Of a DNA stretch of 64,000 nucleotides, positions 10,874 to 23,740 are shown piece after piece; positions within the stretch are counted from its first letter, which is position 1, and each line of letters opens with the position of its first letter. Source of the stretch: Cenococcum geophilum. Lineage: Eukaryota. The stretch lies in the NCBI GenBank assembly GCA_050273025.1, contig CP158635.1, positions 22,754,001 through 22,818,000 on the forward strand, given 5' to 3'. The translations under genes and the position numbers were made by a program. The notes under the pieces are model-generated. The model was given only the letters and a program-made list of their open reading frames with translations, did no database searches and was not told where the DNA came from.

Positions 10874-12880
10874 ATGGCTGGCAAAGCAGTCTACACCCGA
10901 GAAGCATACCGCCAGCTACGGGACGGGACATACGAAACAGAGCTTTGCATTCCATGCAAGCGCGCAGTCCTGGATGATGACTTTCCGCGCATCGGCGGGC
11001 CGCGATGGCTTAACGATGGTTTCCCCGACTGTGAGGGTAAGGAGAAACCCATTCTATACTGCTGTCTTTGCAGGCATATCTTACGAACGCGCACACGCGC
11101 TGTCAGAGAAGGAAAGAGCCAGGATGTTCACTCAAAAGAGCTGGACTGGGTTATGCTGAGTATGGACCAAGGGATTCTCATGCGCGAAGACGGCGTTGTG
11201 AAAGAGATGGAAGAGGTGGAACCTGAGCCGGAGCGGTATGTTCGAGTGATTCAGGGGCATTTGGCTGATTTGTCTCTTCTCCGTTCTTGGATCTCCATCT
11301 GTGAGCAGGAACACGGAGCGACTTGCAACTCGCAGGAAATTGGTACTGTGGACCGCCACAATGCGAAACTTCTGCTCGTTGATGTGAAGAAGGAGTGTAT
11401 TGTGGAGGGAAATTTTGATTGTAGGTATTTTGCGCTCAGTTATGTGTGGGGAAGAGTAGAGCAGTTTAAAACGGAGAAGGCCAATTTTGCACGCCTGAAG
11501 CAAGAAAATGGCTTGTCAGGTGCACCAATCACTAAAACGATCAAGGATGCAATGACGCTGGTTGCTGGACTGAGAGAGACTTACCTCTGGGTGGACACGT
11601 TATGCATTGTGCAGGACGACGACGAAGGGAAGCAAGAGCAGATCCTTCAAATGGCTGCTATCTACAGCAAAGCTGTTCTTACAATTGTTGCAGTTGTCGG
11701 AAGCGACGCTAATTCAGGCTTACCTGGTATACATCCCACGGTCCGAAATAAACGAAGTGTCGAAGTAGCCCCTGGACTCCAGCTTGTTGAAAGAACTAGC
11801 CTCGCAGAAGGATTTGGGAAATTCACGTACAACACCCGTGCCTGGACATTTCAGGAGAGAATCCTATCTCGGAGATGCCTATTCTTCTTTAATGAGCTGG
11901 TATACCTCCAATGCAAGACAAACATCTGGTGTGAGGATCGATACGGAGATGATAGTGCTGCCTGGCCCGGTTCTCTATTCACTCTAGAAAAGGCTCAAGC
12001 CTGGTCCCGCAACCAACGTAGTAGAGGCAAGTACGACAATACGGATGACTTTAGATTCTACGCGCTATTCGTTGCCGAGTACTCACAGAAGAAAATGGGG
12101 CACCTGTCGGATGTCATCAACGCTTTCATAGGGATTATTGACGCCCTAGACAAGCTTTATGGGTGGAAGTTCGGTGCTGGACTTCCTCTACCAATGCTCG
12201 ACCTGGCGTTGCTGTGGACTCCGTTAGAGACGATTACTCGACGAGATACCAAACCTGATGCCCTATTTCCGAGCTGGTCATGGGCTGGGTGGGTTGGAAA
12301 TGTACATTACGGTGATCTTGTTCAACGAATTCCTCAGATCCCTATTCGCGAGTCGTACAAATCGTGCATCGCCATCAAATACCAGCCGAGTTCTAGTCCA
12401 GGACTTGCAGACTTACTCCAATTCCATACCCAAGTTGTAGCGATGAGTAACTTTCGGCTGGAGAAGTTTGAGGGGCGTTTACAAAACCAGGAATACAACG
12501 TTCTGGTCTGTCAGGATGTCCACATGATCTTCGCCAAGAACGGTCGTCGCTGCGGGATCATCTATGGGCTTAGAGATGAGAATTTGCAGCATGGCTCAGG
12601 AGATGCGCTGCAGTTGCTTTTGATATCAACCGTCTCTCGTGCTTCCTCCCTCAGCGCCTATGGTCCGCTCATTTCACGCTTCAACGAGGGAGGATACACT
12701 ACGGATGAAGCTCTTTTTGATGAGAAAGTTGAGGAATATGTGGACAAAGAATGGTGTACATTAAATGTGATATTGGCTGAAAGCTATAAAGACCACATTC
12801 GTCGGGCAGCTGTCGGGCAGATTCATAGAGAAGCATGGGTCGAAGCAAAGCCCAGGGATCGAATGGTCGTAGTAGGATGA
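10874..12880 (+). CDS. HET (heterokaryon incompatibility, PF06985-type) domain protein, 668 aa, intronless
   Basis: Motifs YFALSYVWG, TIKDAM..V..L.ETYLWVDTLCIVQDD, QMAAIYSKAVLTIVA, YNTRAWTFQERILSRR and FPSWSWAGW; N-terminal CxxC...CxxC. Confidence 0.93.
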   Translation: MAGKAVYTREAYRQLRDGTYETELCIPCKRAVLDDDFPRIGGPRWLNDGFPDCEGKEKPILYCCLCRHILRTRTRAVREGKSQDVHSKELDWVMLSMDQGILMREDGVVKEMEEVEPEPERYVRVIQGHLADLSLLRSWISICEQEHGATCNSQEIGTVDRHNAKLLLVDVKKECIVEGNFDCRYFALSYVWGRVEQFKTEKANFARLKQENGLSGAPITKTIKDAMTLVAGLRETYLWVDTLCIVQDDDEGKQEQILQMAAIYSKAVLTIVAVVGSDANSGLPGIHPTVRNKRSVEVAPGLQLVERTSLAEGFGKFTYNTRAWTFQERILSRRCLFFFNELVYLQCKTNIWCEDRYGDDSAAWPGSLFTLEKAQAWSRNQRSRGKYDNTDDFRFYALFVAEYSQKKMGHLSDVINAFIGIIDALDKLYGWKFGAGLPLPMLDLALLWTPLETITRRDTKPDALFPSWSWAGWVGNVHYGDLVQRIPQIPIRESYKSCIAIKYQPSSSPGLADLLQFHTQVVAMSNFRLEKFEGRLQNQEYNVLVCQDVHMIFAKNGRRCGIIYGLRDENLQHGSGDALQLLLISTVSRASSLSAYGPLISRFNEGGYTTDEALFDEKVEEYVDKEWCTLNVILAESYKDHIRRAAVGQIHREAWVEAKPRDRMVVVG

Positions 12881-15800
12881 TTTCGATCACCCAAGGAACA
12901 AAAACGTAAATACGGACGGAAGTTACTGAAGTGAAATATAACTATCCTCCTTTAGTAAATTGGTAGAGTCGCAGAAGTAGGTGATAGACTCATTGCCCAG
13001 ATGTTTAATTCGATGGTCTTTCACACTTTGGCTAGTCATTAAACTATGGCGCGCACCCGTGGGTCTTGCCTACAGAAGAACAAATCCTTTAGGAAACTCC
13101 TCGTGACTATCCAATACAGAGTATATCATATAGTGATAAGAGATTTTGCGCGCAGAAGTTCTGAGATGTGGAAGTGAGGACGTTGCTTTACCGAAAGACT
13201 TGGCTGTGGAATAAGAAATGTACTTACACATATTCGCCTATTATTTCTCGGGTCTTGGGATAATACAGAAAGGACACTAATTTGCACACTATTCCATCTT
13301 CAATTATCCAAACCTCCGACCTCAAAGTGATGGCTTTTAGAACAGCAGAGCCAGTGAACAGGGCTTTGAGATATCTGTCTACCTCGAAGTCACACAGGGC
13401 TCACTACCGAGGAGATAAGATGCTCCAGGTTTAGTTTCCAGGTCGGGCTCAAATGGCCCGGTATGCGCGAAGTCGGTTTTGGTGGGCGTATCTCTCTCTT
13501 CAACACTCCAGCTATCATAGAGCCTCTTTTTTTCATAAGTCGCTTTGTTTTGGTTCTTTAAATGGGGTTTCTACCTTGCTTTAGAAAAATTGATTAGACA
13601 TGCAAGTAACCCATCCGATGTATCTCAGGCACAATCTCACGTCGTGAGCTCCAATGTCCGCTTCCCGGATAGCGAAAACCTCCTGGCTCGTCTTAGCCAT
13701 GCACATCTGACCTGGCACGACTTGTTCAGCATGCACCAGCTCTCGTGGGTTCCTCCAGGATATTATTAGCTTATTGCCGAAATCCTTGCGCTCCGGCGGA
13801 GATCAGCGTGGCTTGATTACCAAGTACATACTTCCTGCAGCATGCAAGCAAAATTCTTCTCTCCACGAGAGCTCGGTTCAACCATTTCACTGGATATGTG
13901 AACAGGAGATCATGAAATCAACATGACGCGGCTTCCGCCCCTAATTTCGACCTGTTCAAGGATGCTGGGTTCCAGCTTCAAACATCTCCGCGTCGAATTA
14001 TTGGTTACAAGTAGATGACAATCGCAACCACAACAACGGTCGAACCATCAAATTGCAACCCCGGAATACAAACCCTTCCAGGCTTCCCCAGATGTCAAAC
14101 TTTCGTCTGTTTTGGGCTTTTCGCTCGCGAGATTGAGATAAGTTTAAATGAACTAGAACCAAGAGATCTTACTGTCGATTTAATACTCGACGAGGCCTAA
14201 AATTCGTAAGCTATCCTGGGTTCAGACTTTTTTTCCAGCATGCTCCTTATCACCAAAATCAAAGAAAAGTATGATCAGAGCACGCGGCTGAGTTCCACCT
14301 AAAGTTAGCATGTCTTGTGTGGGATCTGCTTGCTAGCGAGGACCCTTCTGTTATTCCCGTCGGCATGGACTGAAGTCGCTCCCCAAGGCAATTTGCATTG
14401 CATGGGCCAATAAGTCTCACATGAACGGGGCGGATGACACGCGAGATGCTGGATTGGGGTCTATAAATCTCCTTTGAGCCATCCCGAAACGCCGAGGGTT
14501 CTCGGTACGAGTATCGACAAAGCTGAAGCTCTTTCCGCGGAGCTATCAAGCCGGAGAGTGGAAGGATTTCGGCCCATGCCCGCGTCGGCGAAGAGAGCGA
14601 GATGCAGCTTACGAGGTCTAGGCTAAATGTGGCGCCGCGGCTTGGCCAAAGCGAGCGGGATGCCTTGTAGACGAAGCATGGGCCCTTGTCAGGGATACTT
14701 GGGCTGTTCTGGGGTGGATCATATCGAATACTTGCGTTGCAGAAAACTCAAACGGCTGTGAAACTGGATGGATAAGGAAGGGGGAGCGAGTTGGGCAGCT
14801 TCGTTTCAATGGTTGCTGGCGAAATTCGGCAGCTCATGAGGGCAGGCGGCCCTTTTCAAGGTCGGGTTGACCCAACTGCGACAACTCGGAGTTGCCGCGC
14901 TTCCTCGGCTTGACAGGGTCCAACCCTGGCTGCCATGGGATGAAGGTGGCTTCTGGAAGTCAGTTCATCTGGTGATTTGTTCTTCTAATGCAGTCCGTGC
15001 CCCGGACTCGTGCGTCGTCACGATCGTATACACGACGGAGGCATGTGGAGACCGAAGCACTGACGCAGCGGATATCATGTATCGGCCCGTACGCCGTCCA
15101 CCCTTCAAACGGACGAAAATTTCAAATCTTGGCGGTCCTTCCTCGGCGACACAGGACCACAACATGTCTCGGCGGCCCAGCGGCTGCCCGTAAGGTCAAA
15201 CGGACAGGGCGCAAATGGGCAGGTGGGCAGGTGGCAGGTGGGACAGCAGGTGGGTTAAATATACTTGGGTGTTGGGCATGTCGCGGATTGTTTCTTTCTA
15301 GGACGGCTGGAGCTGATGCAAATCATGGAAAGATCCGATCATCTGATAGGGCAGGCAGGGCGGGAGCAGCGTCCCGTGTTATAGTAATCGGATGTAACGG
15401 CCTCAGATCAGCGCGAGACTCTTCGGCCGCCGCCAGACCCGGTAGCAATTTATTACAAAGGACACCGCCTGCGCGACGCGGCTGCATTACTTTTCCGTGC
15501 CCAAGCCGAAGCTCTCTCCCATTGTTGCCATCCAAGAGTCGCCATCCAACAGCTCCTTCCGGTTGACCACCACACCAGCAGCTTCCCAGTCCCGAGCAGT
15601 CTAACGGCTATTTCAGCCCTGTGCCAACCTCGCCGCCTAGCTTCCACTGCCCATGCCACCCAATTGGCCGTAGCCCTGTTACCCTTCAGCCACCGGAAAG
15701 TTTCACTCGCCTCGCGCAAAGCAGCAACACGAGACGCTCGTTGAGCGTGAGATTCTTCCCAGCCCAGACAAAACGCCCCGTCTCCAGGCGCGGAACACCG

Positions 15801-16030
15801 CCAAGATTAATCCGTCCGCTCCTATCCCGTCCGCGCAATCGTCCGAACCATCTCCCAGTGCTGCGACCGCATCTGAAGACCCGTATCTTGCGCGTTTGCC
15901 CGCCTTGAATTCCCAAAGCCTCTCGTCATCCTCGCAGTCCACCCCAATCACCGCCCCGAGACCTCTTGCAGCCTCGCATATTGAGGTCCGTCAATCAGAG
16001 CCCGGCGCGCGGCGCCAGGAGCAGCCTCGG

Positions 16031-19000
16031 ATGAGGTCCTCCATCGCTTGCGCGCGTTGTCGGCGCAGCAAGGTCAAGTGCATCAACAACGGCGTAAACA
16101 CTACTTGTAGAGCATGCGAAACCTCTGGGAGGGAATGTACCTATCCACCACCAGCGACCGGGGGAAGTGGTGGCGTTGCGAAGAGGGAGAGCATGCTGTC
16201 TGGTCAGCCAACTACAGATGGACCACCACATGGGGAGGTAAGTCACACGCGACCTTTCAAATACACATGTCCGACACGCATTTGCTTTGAAGAGACTGGT
16301 ATTATGGCAGATTTTACCAAGGCTTTTCATCAAATCTGGCCCTTTCACGCCTGTTTGTCACCGCGGGGTTTAACCTTTGATATTCATGCATTTGTAGTTC
16401 ACACCAGCGCGTCATTATTAGAGAATAACAAATTCGTCCAATTTCATCAAGCTGTGTTCGTATGTTCGCGTTTGGTACATTTACTGACGAGAATAGACAC
16501 CTCGGCGCCCTCGTCCAAAGAAAACCATAGCCCCTACGTCAAACCATACATTATCAGCCAAAGAAAGCCCACGGCCGCTGGTCGATGCTTTAGATCCTAC
16601 ACTATTGACTCCGAAGATTTGGACTGAATTGGTGATTTTAACACAGATTGATTCCTCGCGCTTCAACTAACGATTCGCAGTTTGAAATATTCCAACAGCA
16701 TTTTTCAACAGACTTACCTTTTTTACATCCTCCTACATTTCTCAAACCACTCCGCCAATCTGCTTTACAATCACTGCCAATGGATTCAACAACGACGGGC
16801 CAATCTCCATCCTCAATTCTTCCTCCAGCATCTCCAGTACTGCTTCTAGCATTTCTAGCTCTAACAGCTCGATACCACCCGGCATTGGTTGCGCATCATT
16901 CCCCCGCAACTTCTTCCCGTCAAAGTAATCCACTAGTCGCATCCGAGTACTATGCTGCTGCCGCAAAATCACGACTCGCGGGTCAATTTGGTGACGGGCT
17001 TGGAGTTCCTAATCTAGAACGTACCCAGGCTCTTCTCATGCTTGGCCTGCACGAATGGGGAATGTGTCAGGGCGCAAAGGCTTGGATTTCTATCGGTGTA
17101 GCAGTCAGATCTGCCCAGGTTCTTGGGCTTCAATTCGAGCAAGAGCTAGACGATATGCCTTTGGCTCGATCACTCGCCTTGAACACAGAAGCTCATCATC
17201 TCGGCATCAATCCAGACCGTCGCGGGCCGCGCTCGATGCTTGATAAGGGAGACGCGTTTATCGAGCAAGAAATTCGGCGCCGCACGTTTTGGAGCTGCTT
17301 CATCATGGACAGATATCTCAGCAGCGGAAAATACAGACCTTCCATGCTTAATGTCAAAGATCTGAGGATACAGCTCCCGAGTAGTGAGAGAGCATTTCTC
17401 TTTGGAGAAAAGGTCAGGACTCTCATGTTGGGAGAGGAACTCGATGAAGTAGCAGGCAGAGCGGAGGTGCAGAGCCAACGGCAAGCTTCGGTCATGCTTG
17501 GGACAAGAAGTGGGGATCGAGAGCGGAGTCACGAGAATGGAGATCACGCAGGCGGTTCTTATGCCAATCATAGTGATGAAAGAATGAGAAACGACGAAAA
17601 AAATGGACGATGGGAAATTGGTGCTGACGAGGGTGTTCTCACGCGCTTCATCAAGGCATTAGACCTCTACGGGAGCATTGTCAAGTGGTCCTGTGCAGGA
17701 GGACGAAGGTATGTTAAAACGAACGCTCAATGTCGACCCAATTAGAGCTAAGAGATGTTCAGGCGAGAACAATACCCTCCGTGGGACCGGGGATCAACTT
17801 TCTTCGCTTTACGGCGACAGCTTAGCGCATTCAAGGAGTCGCTTCCTCGCGATCTGACACTCACAGCTGCAAACACCTCGGCGCATATTACATCCAGAAC
17901 CTCAACTCCCTACACCTTGATGCATACTGTTCACCTTCTTTGTAGTATCATGCTTCATCGGGAGTATGTCCCGTTCATTCCACTGCGGTGCTCAAAACCA
18001 CAGGGTCCTCTTGACCCTCCGCTATTTCCATCGGATGAATATCAGATACCCCATGGCTTCTGGGACGAAAGTGCCCGGGAGTGTTTCAAAGCTGCGGGTG
18101 ACCTCATTGACCTTCTCCGAACTTGTGAGGAATGGCAAGTCCTCGTGGAAACGCCCATCGTGGGGTTTGCTACTTATACCGTTGCTTTTGTCGGTATGTA
18201 CTCCCGAAATTATTGGCTTTCTAGTACTCTTCTAAGACAGCACTAACGTGCATCAGGCGTTTATGCTATTAATTTCCCGTGGATGGACCCGGATGGCTAC
18301 ATGTGCAAAAGGCAGTCTCACTCCAATGGATCCCACGCCCCGTCTGCAGACCGCAGTGGTGTTGATGCAGCACGCAAAGCTCTCGAGATTGTCGGTCAGA
18401 TGCGCAAGCGCCTTCAGATGGCCGACGGTTGGTTTAAAACAATCCGACGAGTGCACCTTTATTTTATCCGTATGAAGAAAGACTTCTACCGTAATACACG
18501 CTCGCTCGAGGCTTCTTCGGAGAGTGGTAATTCGCCCGAGTCGTATCGGCATTTGAGTCTAAGAGAAGGTGGAGCTGGTGGTGGACTGGAGGAGTATAAG
18601 CTGCTGGAGAAGATTCTGAAGGAATTCGGTAGTCTGGAAGCCGAAGATCTCGATATGCCCGATGCTGATGCTGACACGGCTGCTTCACGACTTGGCCAGG
18701 GACTTGATGAAGGCAGTGACGCTGGCAGTGCAGCTGTCATGAGTGAAGGAATGGACATCACAGAGGGAACACCCGACAGCGCGTCGGTGCGGCAAGAACG
18801 TTGGAATGCCATCAATTCGGTTGCCGCAGCGGCTAGCCAACGAGCTGAGAGCGGCAATGGTACGCCGATCCTGTCTAACGGCACAATGCAAACTCTAGGA
18901 GTTCATCCTCATGCAAACTATTTCCAGGTTAGGGGGCAGAGCCCGCAGAGGCACCAGCTCCTTTCCCCGACCCAGTCTTCCGCGATGGCGCAACACGAGC

Positions 19001-19344
19001 AGGGAGGCTTCAATCAGGGTACACCCGGGCAGCATCAATACGGATCCCCGCCCACTAATCCGGGACTGGCCCAAGCATTCCCAGGCTCAACCGACCAAGC
19101 ACGCCAAGCTTCGCTATCGCTACAACAGCAGCTCCAGCCACAACACCCACCCCAGCAACCGACCACAACGGCAGCTTGGTCGCCTGCAACTAAAGAAATG
19201 TGGCTCAACAGCCTAGAAACACGCTTCGGAGGCGACGACGTAGCCGCCTTCGTCGCTGGGAATAGCTGGGAAGATTGGGCGGGAATGGCCGCACGAGAGA
19301 AGGGCGGCTGGTTGAGCGCCGTCTGGGGCGGAGCCGGGCGCTGA
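16031..19344 (+). CDS. Zn(II)2Cys6 fungal transcription factor with middle-homology region; exons 16031-16237, 16497-16631, 16681-17708, 17763-18193, 18257-19344
   Basis: CARCRRSKVKC...CRAC......C cluster; FLHPPTF and EIRRRTFWSCFIMDRYLS motifs. Four GT-AG introns with CTRAC-like branch points keep the frame continuous. The true start may be upstream (see findings). Confidence 0.92.
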
Positions 19345-20006
19345 AGTACCTGTCTTCCTTGGGATTGTACGAGTAACAAACGTACTTACGCTTTTGCAAC
19401 ATTACGGTAAGGCGTACGCGTGTGCGGGTGAAAGATATTAAGGGGGGGAAAAGGCGATTCAAACCGGAAAACGAGACGGTAGATTGGGGCTTTCACGATG
19501 TGCAACGGCTTTTAATTTATTCCTTCGCGAAGAGTCGATGGTCATTTTTACGTATGTATACCATAATCGGGGCTGGAATGGTGGGCCCCGTGTGCTTCAT
19601 GTGTTTGTTTCCAGCTTGATGGATGGGATGGCTCGCTTTCTTGTCGAGATAATAGCATTGGCGCTGCCTTCATGGGGTTAAAGGACAGAAGGAATACGGG
19701 GCATTGAAAGGGTGGGCTTTGGCCCTGGTCTTAAGAGGGATGGAAGATGGAGTAAAGCAACTCTGTCCGCTCATCTTGAGGGTGTCACTGAGATTACTGG
19801 TGTCGACATTCATCCTTCCTATGTACTTCCTAGGTGTTCAATCCTCAAATCAACAAGTTCTTCATTTCAGGAGCTATGTCTACTTTCTTATCACTTTGTT
19901 TTAAATATTCGTCTGCGTCTAGTCGCTGCCGGAACGAAACCAGACAGCTTAACCATTTCCACTGAGCATCAAGTAACTAGGTTGGCTTAGGTTATAAAGG
20001 AAATGA

Positions 20007-20445
20007 TTACTGGTTGGAAGACTCTAAGCTTTCCTTAACAACCTCGTCAAGCGTCCTCGGCGGCAGTCCAAGCAACTCATTATCCAACGGACCATCCGCC
20101 TCCACCATAAACACCAGTAACGAACTCGGTCTCGATCAGCTTGTACACGGCGAACACATCGCCCTCAGCAAGCCGCTCTTTAGCGTCCTTAATGTCTACC
20201 TCAGAGCTGACCGTCTCCATCGTCCACTTTCCGCCAGGCAAGCTCTCGATAGTCTCGAGCCGCTCGACCTACGAAACGGCAAAGTCGCTAACGCGCACCA
20301 GTCTATTGGCGGTTCCGGCTGGCTTGAGCAGAACGTTTCTCAGTGCCAGCCGTGTTCTCGAGCGTGGTGCAGGAGAACTTCCCCTTGCCGTCGTCCCGGA
20401 TTACCATTTTGCGGTAGGTTGAGGAAGCCGTGATATATCGACCTG
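20007..20445 (-). pseudogene. NmrA/isoflavone-reductase-like oxidoreductase, 3' remnant
   Basis: Minus strand reads DDGKGKFSCTTLENT / TANRLVRVSDFAVS*VERLETIE...KWTMETVSSE..IKDAKERLAEGD / DNELLGLPPRTLDEVVKESL with frameshifts and a stop; the 5' part is lost at the TE block. Confidence 0.7.
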
Positions 20446-20504
20446 CCCACGGTCAGTTGTTGACCTACACCGTGCGACACGTTAAGAAACAGCGGGGGTT
20501 CAGT

Positions 20505-23222
20505 TAGGGTTGCAAGTCAATCAACGAGATTTCAATATCGAATTAAATCGATTAAATCTTAGCACTCAATTCAACCGATTAAGGGATCGCTGGCTTTTTA
20601 ATTCAATTAATTTGGAAGCCCCAATTAAATTAAATCGGTTAATAAATATTAAAACTTTTGATATTATAGAAATATATTCCTAGGATAATACTCTAAATCT
20701 TATTTTTTTAGTCTCCCTTACTAAAAAAAGTTTACCTAAGTATTACCCGATGTTTACACCGTTATATTACCGCTATAGTTAAACCCCCTTATAACGATAT
20801 CTTCTATATTACGATCTACACCCTCAATTAATACTTTTTTGGTGTAATATTACGATATTCTGGCTTTTAGTGATATCGTTAAGGTGTCTCACCGATATCG
20901 GTATAAGCAGATTTTGATTCGTTGGATTTAACGCTTGCTTACCGCATATTTAGCCATTAATAACCACCACACAACGATTTAAATCTATTAAAATAACTAT
21001 TAGATCTTACTCTCTGTACTTAATTCTACCTTATTTATTATGGTAAGACATTAAAATTCTAAAAGGCAGCGCCGTTATAGGTTTTCTGACTTTAAACGTT
21101 AAAAAATACGCGCCTACTACTAAAGTTACCCCCACCTGTTATAAAACTAGCTCGCTTAATAGGCTACTAACTTTTTTTATTATAGAATTAATTAATCCTT
21201 AATATTAGAAATACTTAGTAATAAGTTTAAGCACTTTAATATAGCTAAATTGCTACGTAGGTAAGGCAGGCGAGAGCGTAAGAGGGACGCTAAATAACCT
21301 CTTTTGGAAGAAGCTCTCTTTAAGTGGCACTAACGCCTATAGAACTCTCGCATTTCTATTTCTAGCGAGCTTATATATATCGCCGCCGCTTAGTTATAGT
21401 AATGGATACCTATATTAGCTAAGATAGTAAAGCTAAAGTGGTCTACTGGCTGGTTAGAAGGCTTTAAATCTTATAACAATATTTATAAGAAAAAGCAGTA
21501 CGGTAAGGCTGCCTTAGTTAATATAGAGGGAGCAGAGGATCATATAATAGAGCTTTAAGTAATTATTGCACCTTATTTACTAAAGGATATTTTTAATATA
21601 GATAAGATAGGGCTATTTTAGAAGGCTATACTAGATACTATATTGGCTATAAAGGCTTAAGTAAGAATGGGGGGGTGGGGGGCATAAATATCTTTAGGCA
21701 ATTGCTTAAATATAGATGGCTCTAAAAAGCTTCCTCTTCTTATAATTAGCTCAGTATAACGGCTATATTACTTTACGGCCAATAAAGTTAATATAGCCTT
21801 ATTAGATATTATCTAGAGGTATAATAAGAAGGCCTAGATAACAACGATTATTATACTTAATTGGCTTACCTAGTTTAACAAAAGGATATCTAGTAGGAAG
21901 GTGCTCCTCCTAATTAACGGCTTTAGCGCCTATAAAGCAGCTATTTAAATAACCTCTAAAAACGGCTTTCTTAAGAATACGCGCGTTAAGTTCCTTCCCC
22001 TAAATTACACCTCTATATACCAGCCTCTTAACTAAGGGATAATTATAAACTTTAAGCTCTTCTACTAAAGATATTAGATACGGTTTATAGTAGAGCAGTT
22101 ACTTAAAAACTAAGATTTAATTAAGCAGATATATATCCTATAGGCAATTTAATAGGTAATTATAGCTTAGCAGAAAATTATACCACAGATAATTAAGAAC
22201 TACTTTATTAAATCTATACTATTTAGTTTTTGTATAGGCCTACGGCCTTATCCCTAGGGTTATATAGATCCTCCTATTATTAGTAAGCTATAGATAATGG
22301 CAGAAGAGCTATAGGTAGCAGAAAGAATCCGTACTATAATAAATATTTAGGATTTTATTAAGCTACTGGGTGAGGAAGTAAAGGACTTAATAAAGGATCT
22401 TATTAAGTATATAGTAGAGCTCTACGCAGGGCCTAATTGCGATGCAGAGACAAATAAAGAAGTTATTAAGTAACCTTAAACCAAGCCCAATAAGGCGCTT
22501 AACGCCTTATAAAAGCTTTATCTTTATAAGGAATAGTAGGAAGACTATCATAGAGATATAATTATAACTCTATTAAGGCATAAGCGATGACTCTAAAATT
22601 AACGAAGTTAGAACACTAAATAGCAATTAATTATAACGTATTTTAGTGTAGCTAATTACTTAATTGCGACTTTATAGGTGTAGATATAAAATATTATTAC
22701 CACTAAATATAACGATACCCTTAGTATTACGATACGGTCGGCTAAATAAGTCGTATCGTTATAAGGGGGTTTGACTGTAGTATCTTAGTAGGTAGAAGAA
22801 CTTTAATACTAGATTTACCTATTAACTATTACCACTATAGCTTCTAATGCGTTAGATAATGGCTAAATAAACACTTTAATTCTTTCTATAGCTTATTTTA
22901 ATTCTACTGCACCTACTAACCTTTAGCGCGCCTTAGATTATAGCTTAGATAGTAATACTAACGCGTCTACTACTGATTTTTAATAAGAAGAGTATAAAGG
23001 AATTAAGTAGAAGCGTTTTTTTAGCTACTATATTCCTTATTTAACGGCGGGTAGATATTATGGGCCTATATAGAAGTACGGATATAATATTAAGCACGCT
23101 AAATTAGGTAAGCGGTATTAGGTATATAAGCTCTACTATAAAAAAAAGGCTTATCTATAATATATATATCTGGCTTTAGGCACCTTAAATTACTTTAGGT
23201 ATATATAGGACGAATATAATAC
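20505..23222 (+). mobile_element. hAT-like transposon 5' end (interrupted by a Tigger-like element and an LTR element)
   Basis: Starts TAGGGTTGCAA with subterminal AATCGATT-like repeats; de-RIPed BED-finger-like RYWVCKLCH at ~23115-23140. Confidence 0.6.
20776..22777 (+). mobile_element. Tigger/CENP-B-like pogo DNA transposon, full length, RIPed
   Basis: TA-flanked TIRs (C/T)AGT(C/T)AAACCCCCTTATAACGATA; de-RIPed motifs STGWLEGFK, NMDETGLFW, NKKAWMT, RKVLLLIDGFSAH, FLPPNCTS.YQPLDQGII. Confidence 0.92.
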
Positions 23223-23740
23223 TGTGGTGGTGTAGATTGGACGTCGCCTACTGTCTTGGCATTTTCCTATATTTATAGAGCCTTTGGCTTCCTTCCTTCT
23301 TCCCTCTATCCTAGATATTACGACTCTACCAGTTACTGGAAATACACTCTTTTCTTTCTTTCTTACTGACTGATTATGACTGACTGACTGACTGACCGAC
23401 CGACCGACCGACCGACAGACTGACAGCACTGTGACTTTCCCATCTTAGAGAGGTCGTACCCTCCCACATATTTTATGGCATTTTACGTGGGGACGACGAC
23501 AAGCTCTTTGGATTAGAAGTCTAGTGCTATATATACAGGAGATACACAGGAGATACGCAGAAATATACTACGACTATAGAAGAACCGCCAGCTGTAGAAG
23601 AACGACCAGCTGCGGAAGAACCGCCAGCTAGACAGACGAGATAGTAGAAGAGAACCAGGCAATATCGGACAGCAAGGGGAGCCAGGCAGTACCGGAAAAA
23701 GATAGAACAGCCAGACTCAATGCACAGGCCAAAGAGTGGC
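23223..23740 (+). mobile_element. 5' LTR (23223-23468) plus leader of an LTR retrotransposon
   Basis: TGTGG...CCACA ends, homologous to the solo LTR at 41611; PBS-like TGGCATTTTACGTGGGG at 23476-23492. Confidence 0.65.

Noticed and set aside
13545..15566. Short overlapping ORFs between the HET and TF genes
   Set aside because: No recognisable domains; probably GC-rich promoter or 5' UTR sequence.
20014..20433. Plus-strand ORFs of 139 and 93 aa
   Set aside because: Antisense shadows of the NmrA-like pseudogene.
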